Assembly (NCBI GenBank): GCA_030390025.1
Contig: CM059432.1
Span: forward strand, 9,858,001-9,922,000
Length of the DNA: 64,000 nucleotides
Direction: 5' to 3'
DNA from: Squalus acanthias
Taxonomy: Eukaryota
This document shows positions 57,820-64,000 of this stretch, piece after piece. Numbering within the stretch: position 1 is the stretch's first letter; each line of letters begins with the position of its first letter. The notes beneath the pieces were generated by a model that made no database searches, was not told the DNA's origin, and was given only the letters and a program-made list of their open reading frames with translations. The position numbers and the translations under genes were made by a program.

Positions 57820-59580
57820 GTATTACTTTCCACTTGCCTGGATGAATGCAGCACCAACAACACTCAAGAAGCTCGACACCATCCAGGACAAAGCAGCCCG
57901 CTTGATTGGCACCTCATCCACCACCTTAAACATTCACTCCCTCCACCACCGGCGTACCGTGGCTGCAGTGTGTACCATCTACAAGATACACTGCAGCAAC
58001 TCGCCAAGGCTTCTTCGGCAGCACCTCCCAAACCCGTGACCTCTTCCATCTTCTTAGGCAGTCCTTCGGAACCGAGGATGACTTGCTTCCACATTAAAAA
58101 TGAGTTCTCAGGTCGCTGATGAGTCCAATGAGGGACCTACAGTCTCTGTCACAGGTGGGGCAGACGGTGGTTGAAGGGGCGGGTGGGTGGGGTGCTTGGG
58201 TTGATGTGCACTCCTTGCGCTGCTTGCGCTTGGCTTCCGCTTGCTCCCGGCAAAGAGACTCGAGGTGTTCGGCGCCTTCCCGGATGCTTCTCCTCCACTT
58301 TGTGCGGTCTTGGGCCAGGGATTCCCAGGTGTCGGTGGGGATGTTGCACTTTTTCAAGGAGGCTTTGAGGGTGCCCTTGAAGCGTTTCCTCTGCCCACCT
58401 GCAGCTCTCTTGCCGTGTTGGAGCTCCGAGTAGAGCGCTTGTTTTGGGAGTCTCGTATCGGGCATGCGAACGATGTGACCCGTCCATTGGAGCTGATCGA
58501 GCGTGGTCAAAGCTTCGATGCTGGGGATGTTGGCCTGAGCGAGAACGCTGACATTGGTGCATCTATCCTGCCAATGGATTTGCAGGATCTTGCGGAGGCA
58601 GCATTGGTGGTACCTCTCCAGTGCTTTGAGGTGCCTGCTGTACATGGTCCATGTCTCTGAGGCATACAAGAGGGCGGGTATCACTACTAATCTATAGACC
58701 ATGAGCTTGGTGCTGTGTTTGAGGTCCTGATCTTCAAACACTCTCTTCCTCAGGCGACCAAAGGCTGCACTGGCACACTGAAGGCGGTGTTGGACTTCGT
58801 CAGTGACTTCTGCCCTTGTTGACAGTAGGCTCCTGAGGTATGGAAAGTGGTCCACATTGTCCAAGGCCTTGTCGTGGATTTTGATAATCGGGGGACAGTA
58901 CTGTGTGGTGGGGGCAGGTTGGTAGAGGACCTTTGTCTTACGGATGTTTAGTGTAAGGCCCATGCTCTCGAACGCTTCGGTGAAGGTGTTGACGATGGTT
59001 TGGAGTTCGACCTCCGAGTGTGCGCAGGCGCAAGCGTCGTCTGCATACTGTAATTCGACGACAGAGGATGGGACGACCTTGGATCTGGACTAGAGGCGAC
59101 GGAGGTTGAACAGTTTCCCGTTTGTTCTGTAGATTAGCTCCACTCCAGCGGGGAGCTTACTGAGGGTGAGATGGAGCATTGCAGCAAGGAAGATCGAGAA
59201 GAGCGTTGGTGCAATGACACAGCCTTGCTTGACCCCGGTCCGTATGTGAATTGGGTCTGTGGTGGAACCATTGGTCTGGATCACCTAGATCTTCCACCTA
59301 GAGGGACAAGTGCAGCAAGCGCATGGGAACACCACCACCTCCAAGTTCTCCACCAAGTCACACACAATCCTGACTTGGAAATATATCACCGTTCTTTCAT
59401 CGTCGCTGAGTCAAAATCCTGAAACTCCCTCCCTAACAGCACTGTGGGAGTACCTTCACCACACGGACTGCAGCGGTTCAAGAAGGCGGCTCACCACCAC
59501 CTTCTCGAGGGCAATTAGGGATGAGCAATAAATACTGCCCTTGCCAGTGACAGCCACATCCCGAGAATGAATAAATAAAG
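57820..59580 (+). mobile_element. 'DKAARLIG' LINE 3' end split by an RTE insertion
   Basis: 57820-58048 plus 59290-59580 match 20486-20971. Confidence 0.8.
58049..59283 (-). mobile_element. RTE-clade LINE, 5'-truncated, open 289-aa C-terminal frame
   Basis: GVKQGCVIAP, QYADD, GLTLNIRKTK, C-terminal C2H2-like motif; TCTTCCA on both sides. Confidence 0.94.
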
Positions 59581-60125
59581 AGGGCTTGACAGGGTAGATG
59601 CTGAGAGGTTGTTTCCCCTGGCTGGAGAGTCTAGAACTAGGGGGGCATAGTCTCAGGATAAGGGGTCAGCCATTTAGGACTGAGGTGAGGAGAAAGTCTT
59701 CACTTAGAGGGTTGTGAATCTTTGGAATTCTCTACCCCAGAGGACTGTGGATGCTGAATCGTTGAATAGATTCAAGACTGAGATCGATAGATTTTTGGAC
59801 TCTAGGGGAATCAAGGGATATGGAGATCGGGCGGGAAAGTGGAGTTGAGGTCGAAGATCAGCCATGATCTTATTGAATGGCAGAGCAGGCTCAAGGGGCT
59901 GCATGGCCGACTCCTGCTCCTATTTCTTACGGTTTTATAAGAAAAACATTTTTTACAAATTAATCATTTTAAATCTGGGATCGATAGATTTTTGCTAGCC
60001 AAGGGTATTAAAGGTTACGGAACTAAGGCGGGTGGATGGAGTTAGGATACAGATCATCCATTATCTAGTTAAATGGTGGAACAGGCTTGAGGGGCTGAAT
60101 GGCCCAACCCTGTTCCTATGTTCCT
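59581..60125 (+). mobile_element. Two CR1 3' ends in tandem
   Basis: 3' UTR stem-loop and tails ending near 59930 and 60125. Confidence 0.85.
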
Positions 60126-60446
60126 ATTGCGAGCATCCAATGGCCTGTTGGTTTCTGCTGGGAATTTCAACCTAATTTATTTGTTCATTTATTTATATCC
60201 AGCAGCAAATTGCTAAAAGATATCAACAGGGATAAATTGAGAATAAATATTGGCGTAAGAACAAAGAATATTGGGCAAATAACGGTTCTTCTGTAACTCC
60301 CACATTGTGTCATGAGGCTATGGCTGGGAGCTCTAGATTTTAAGCAGTACTTTGTGCCCGATTGACAACAGAGCGCAATTTCACAACCAGTGCAGAATAC
60401 AGTCATCCCGAGAGGATAGCTCATGATGTTTCAAGGATTACCCTTC

Positions 60447-60655
60447 TGACGTAAGAAAACTACTAGGCACTCGGTCTAAGCATTAAACAAAGCTTTAATC
60501 AACTGTTTTCCAACATGGAGATCTAGTTGTGTCCTTCACTAGTTCCTGTTGAGGAATATCCTAAGCAAGCTGGGCCCATGCCCGAGTATTTATACTCTCC
60601 CTGGACAGCGCCACCAGCAGGCCGCCCAGTATTACTTCATACAAGATTCATGTCA
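60447..60655 (-). mobile_element. Short solo LTR (209 bp)
   Basis: TGAC...GTCA ends; perfect 5-bp TSD CCTTC; minus-strand TATAAATA and ATTAAA. Confidence 0.8.
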
Positions 60656-60673
60656 CCTTCTATCCTTTCGACT

Positions 60674-60876
60674 GTGGAGTGGTTGAGGCGAATAGCATAG
60701 ATGCATTTAATGGGAAGCTAGATAAACACATGAGGGAGAGAGGAATAGAATGCTATGTTGATAGGGTAAGATGAAGAAGGGTGGGAGGAGGCTCGTGTGG
60801 AGCATAAACACCGGCACGGACCAGTTGGGCTGAATGGCCTGTTTCAGAGCTGTACATTCTGTGTAATTCTATGATT
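60674..60876 (+). mobile_element. CR1 3' end
   Basis: Matches 28565-28760. Confidence 0.85.
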
Positions 60877-61004
60877 GCAGTATCTAGCAGTGCGGGAAAT
60901 AAGTGAAAATAACATTCTCTTTTGCATTACATTAAACTTTCAATCTGGTAAAGAAAATTCAGAATTCAGATTGGAACTCTATTATAATACCCACAAATGA
61001 GTAT

Positions 61005-61413
61005 GGGTATGGTAGCACAGTGGTTATGTTACTAGACTAGTAATACTAGAGGCCTGGACTAATAATCCTGGAGTATATGGGTTCAAATCCTACGCCAGAA
61101 GCTGGGGAATTTCAATTCAGCTAATGGAATAAGACGGTCGTGTCCGTAATGGTGACCATGAAACCCGTCTGGTTCACTAATATTCTTTAGGGAAGGAAAT
61201 CTGCTGCCCTTACCCGGTCTGGCCTATATGTGACTCCAGACCCACAGCACAATGTGGTTGATTCTTAACTGCCCTCTGAAATGGCACTCTGCCATATCAA
61301 AAAAAACCTGCTATGATGGATTGCAGTGGCTCAACCATCACCTTCTCAAGGGCAATTAGGGATGGACAATAGATGCCAGATTTGCCAGCGACGCCCATAT
61401 CCCGTGAATAAAA
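61005..61413 (+). mobile_element. tRNA-head SINE, same family as 29330
   Basis: A box TAGCACAGTGG, B box GGTTCAAATCC, same core and tail. Confidence 0.82.
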
Positions 61414-62291
61414 ACATGAAGCTGCCTCTTTTAAATGGGATCCTGTTACGGTTCCTGTAGGCTCAGCCCACCGTTCTGCGATGATCTCAGTGGCGGTGGC
61501 TTTAATTCAGCAAACTCAAGCCATGATAATTAGCTGTGCAAGCGCTTTAGCGTGGAAATTAGGGAGTGGCGTAAGTAATGCTTGAAGCTTACCGTTGCCA
61601 TCATTTCCTGGGAATTTTGCGCCAAAAATCACGGCCCCCGCGACGTTGATGCGCCGTTACAATGGCACAGGAAATTCCGGCACCTGTTATTTCAGGGAGC
61701 TGTGGAAACATCATTCTCAATCTCTACCGGCTGCTGTCTCTTTCACTTTTAACTGTGTTTTTTTTCTCCCCAAGCATAGATGTAAGAGTTAGTGGAATGT
61801 TACACCCGTTGAGTTTGCTGTTTGTAACCTGGAGGTTTGCACCTGGAGAGTTTTTTTTAATTTTGTGCGCTGGTGGGAAGCTGGTTGAGATTAATAGAAC
61901 TGGATGATGATGAGCCTGAGCATTGTGCCGATTGTTACCAAGTTACCAAATCTCCAGGGCAACAGCCCTGAAGGCTTAACGCCAGTCTTGTTAAGAAACC
62001 TAACCTGCAGTTCCTTGGCTGATATTCCCCGGGCCTGAATAAACTTGCCCCTCGTCATCGTTCAGCTCAGTGAATTCTTACCGAAAAGGAATTTACTTCC
62101 AATAAATTTGTCTAAAACCTTGCGCGTCTCTCTTTGTCTCTTCTCCTGACTGGTTGGATTTGGTGTCTGATTAATTCCTTTCACAAAGAATCATCGAATC
62201 ACAGAATCAGAGAATGGTGACAGCACAGGTGGTGGCCATTCGGCCCGCCGAGCCCGTGCCGGCTCTCTGCAAGAGCGCTTCAGCTAGTCTC

Positions 62292-62520
62292 TGACGTAAG
62301 AAAACTACTAGGCACTTGGTCTAAGCGTTAAACAAAGCTTTAATCAACTGTTTTTCAACATGGAGATCTAGTTGTGTCCTTCACTAGTTCCTGTTAAAGA
62401 ATGTCCCGAGCAAGCTGGGCCCATGCCCGAGTATTTATACTCTCCCTGGACAGCGCCACCAGCAGGCCGCCCAGTATTATTTCATAAGTCATTTCCACAT
62501 GAATGACAAGATTCATGTCA
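62292..62520 (-). mobile_element. Short solo LTR (229 bp), same family as 60447, inserted in a CR1 tail (62188-62291)
   Basis: TGAC...GTCA; TSD GTCTC/GTCCC. Confidence 0.78.
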
Positions 62521-63329
62521 GTCCCCATCCCCCAACTAGTTCCATTTGAAAGTCAACCATCTTCAACTAGTTGGAGAACCCTTATTTCTCAGGGGAAAGC
62601 CCTTCAGCGAATAAATTCATTTCAAACGGGACTTAACTTCCCTGAAATAAATTCCTTTTCATCATCTCTTTCTCTTTCCCTCTTTCTCTGTCTCTCAAGT
62701 TGCATTCTACGCCAGACTGCAGCAACAACAACAACAACTTGCATTTATATAGCGCCTTCAACGTACAGCAGTGCATCCCCAATGGCGCCTCAGTGATCAG
62801 GTGATTTGACTCATCCAGCCGGCTGACATCATCTGTGAATGAGACTTCTCTGTGACCATTCACCTTTCACTATACACTTGGCAGGAGGGCTATAAAGCTA
62901 CCTGATCTATATATTGCTTTTTGCTGTGAGTTTTAGATGTGTTTAGGTATTCTGTATCTTAGCAGTTTGCTCAGTTATTGTATTGCGGTTTTTCCAGTAC
63001 TGCAGTTGATTTGTCAGCTTTATGCCCTTTCCGCACTAATCAATTAGCACGCTCTATATTTTAATACAATTTCTGTACAATATCTGGAATAATAATTTAA
63101 AGTTGTGTGGTTAGTCCTGGTTGTGAAACTAGGATTCTTCAACACTGAACCTTTTTGTACCATTTTGAAAAAAAGATTTCCAATTGTAAATGACTAATAC
63201 CTCAGTTATGTGCGATTAATTCATTAAAGTGTGATTAAATAGTTTAATATAGAATGAGCTGCAGTCTTCACATGGCCAAGCTTTATCTCCCCAAAAAAGC
63301 AGGAGGTTCCTTTCCTTTTAACCCTTTTC

Positions 63330-63825
63330 CGTGGTATTCCCATGCTGCCCTTGACCTTCTAGGTGGTAGAGGTCGCGGGTTTGGGAGGTGCTGCCGAAGG
63401 AGCCTTGGCGAGTTGCTGCAGTGCATCTTGTAGATAGTACACACTGCAGCCACGGTACGCCGGTGGTGGAGGGAGTGAATGTTTAAGGTGGTGGATGGGG
63501 TGCCAATCAAGCGGACTGCTTTGTCCTGGATGGTGTCGAGCTTCTTGAGTGTTGTTGGAGCTGCACTCATCCAGGCAAGTGGAGAGTATTGCAACACACT
63601 CTTGACTTGTGCCTTGTAGTTGGTGGAAAGGCTTTGGGGAGTCAGGAGGTGAGACACTCACCGTAGAATACCCAGCCTCTGACCTGCTTTTGTAGTCACG
63701 GTATTTATGTGGCTGGTCCAGTTAGGTTTCTGGTTAATGGTGACCCCCAGATGTTGATGGTGGGGGATTCAACGATGGCAATGCCATTGAATGTCAAGGG
63801 GCGGTGGTTAGACTCTCTCTTGTTG
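63330..63825 (-). mobile_element. 'DKAARLIG' LINE fragment
   Basis: ORF 63283..63657 YKAQVKSVLQYSPLAW...DKAVRLIG. Confidence 0.85.
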
Positions 63826-64000
63826 GCGCCTGACAGAATGGCCTCCAAAACATGGTCCATTGTTCCTCGCAATTAATGACAAAAATCCCTCAGATATTCA
63901 AGGCTCTATTCAGTGATGTCGGAAAAGTTGGGGTTTCAGCTGCCCATGGTGCAGGCATGGTGCTAACAGGAAGTAAGATTTTGTAGACGGGAGCAGGAAG

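Noticed and set aside
60447..62520. Single provirus/TRIM bounded by two LTRs
   Set aside because: Each LTR has its own TSD, and the interior is unrelated SINE/CR1/unique DNA with no PBS or PPT seen.

Overview
Eukaryotic, repeat-saturated genomic DNA. The repeat families present (CR1, L2 and RTE LINEs, Deu-domain SINEs, Penelope-like elements, Harbinger transposons) point to a cartilaginous fish such as a shark; this is an inference. I recognise no intact host protein-coding gene: the long ORFs I could assign are transposon-derived or antisense to transposon ORFs. (1) 1.5-14.7 kb is a locally duplicated, partly inverted array of 10 tRNA-Phe(GAA) and 5 tRNA-Asn(GTT) copies, mostly decayed, built from about 2.1 units with co-duplicated CR1/Penelope debris and one later CR1 insertion. 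(2) 16.4-19.5 kb is a two-gene Harbinger element (spliced Myb/SANT gene plus convergent DDE transposase) with TIRs and TSD. A related copy at 41.9-43.4 kb keeps almost exactly the part this one lost. (3) Six main Penelope-like insertions from two families; four are palindromic, five have 12-14 bp TSDs, and several carry minimal hammerhead-ribozyme motifs. (4) Solo LTRs, MITEs and deep nesting. (5) In the sparse unique DNA: a perfect 122-bp inverted repeat, an old ~95-bp duplication visible only after removing a CR1, several exon-like segments and a promoter-like patch, possibly relics of an unidentified gene. Repeat boundaries are read by eye and are approximate unless a TSD or TIR is quoted.
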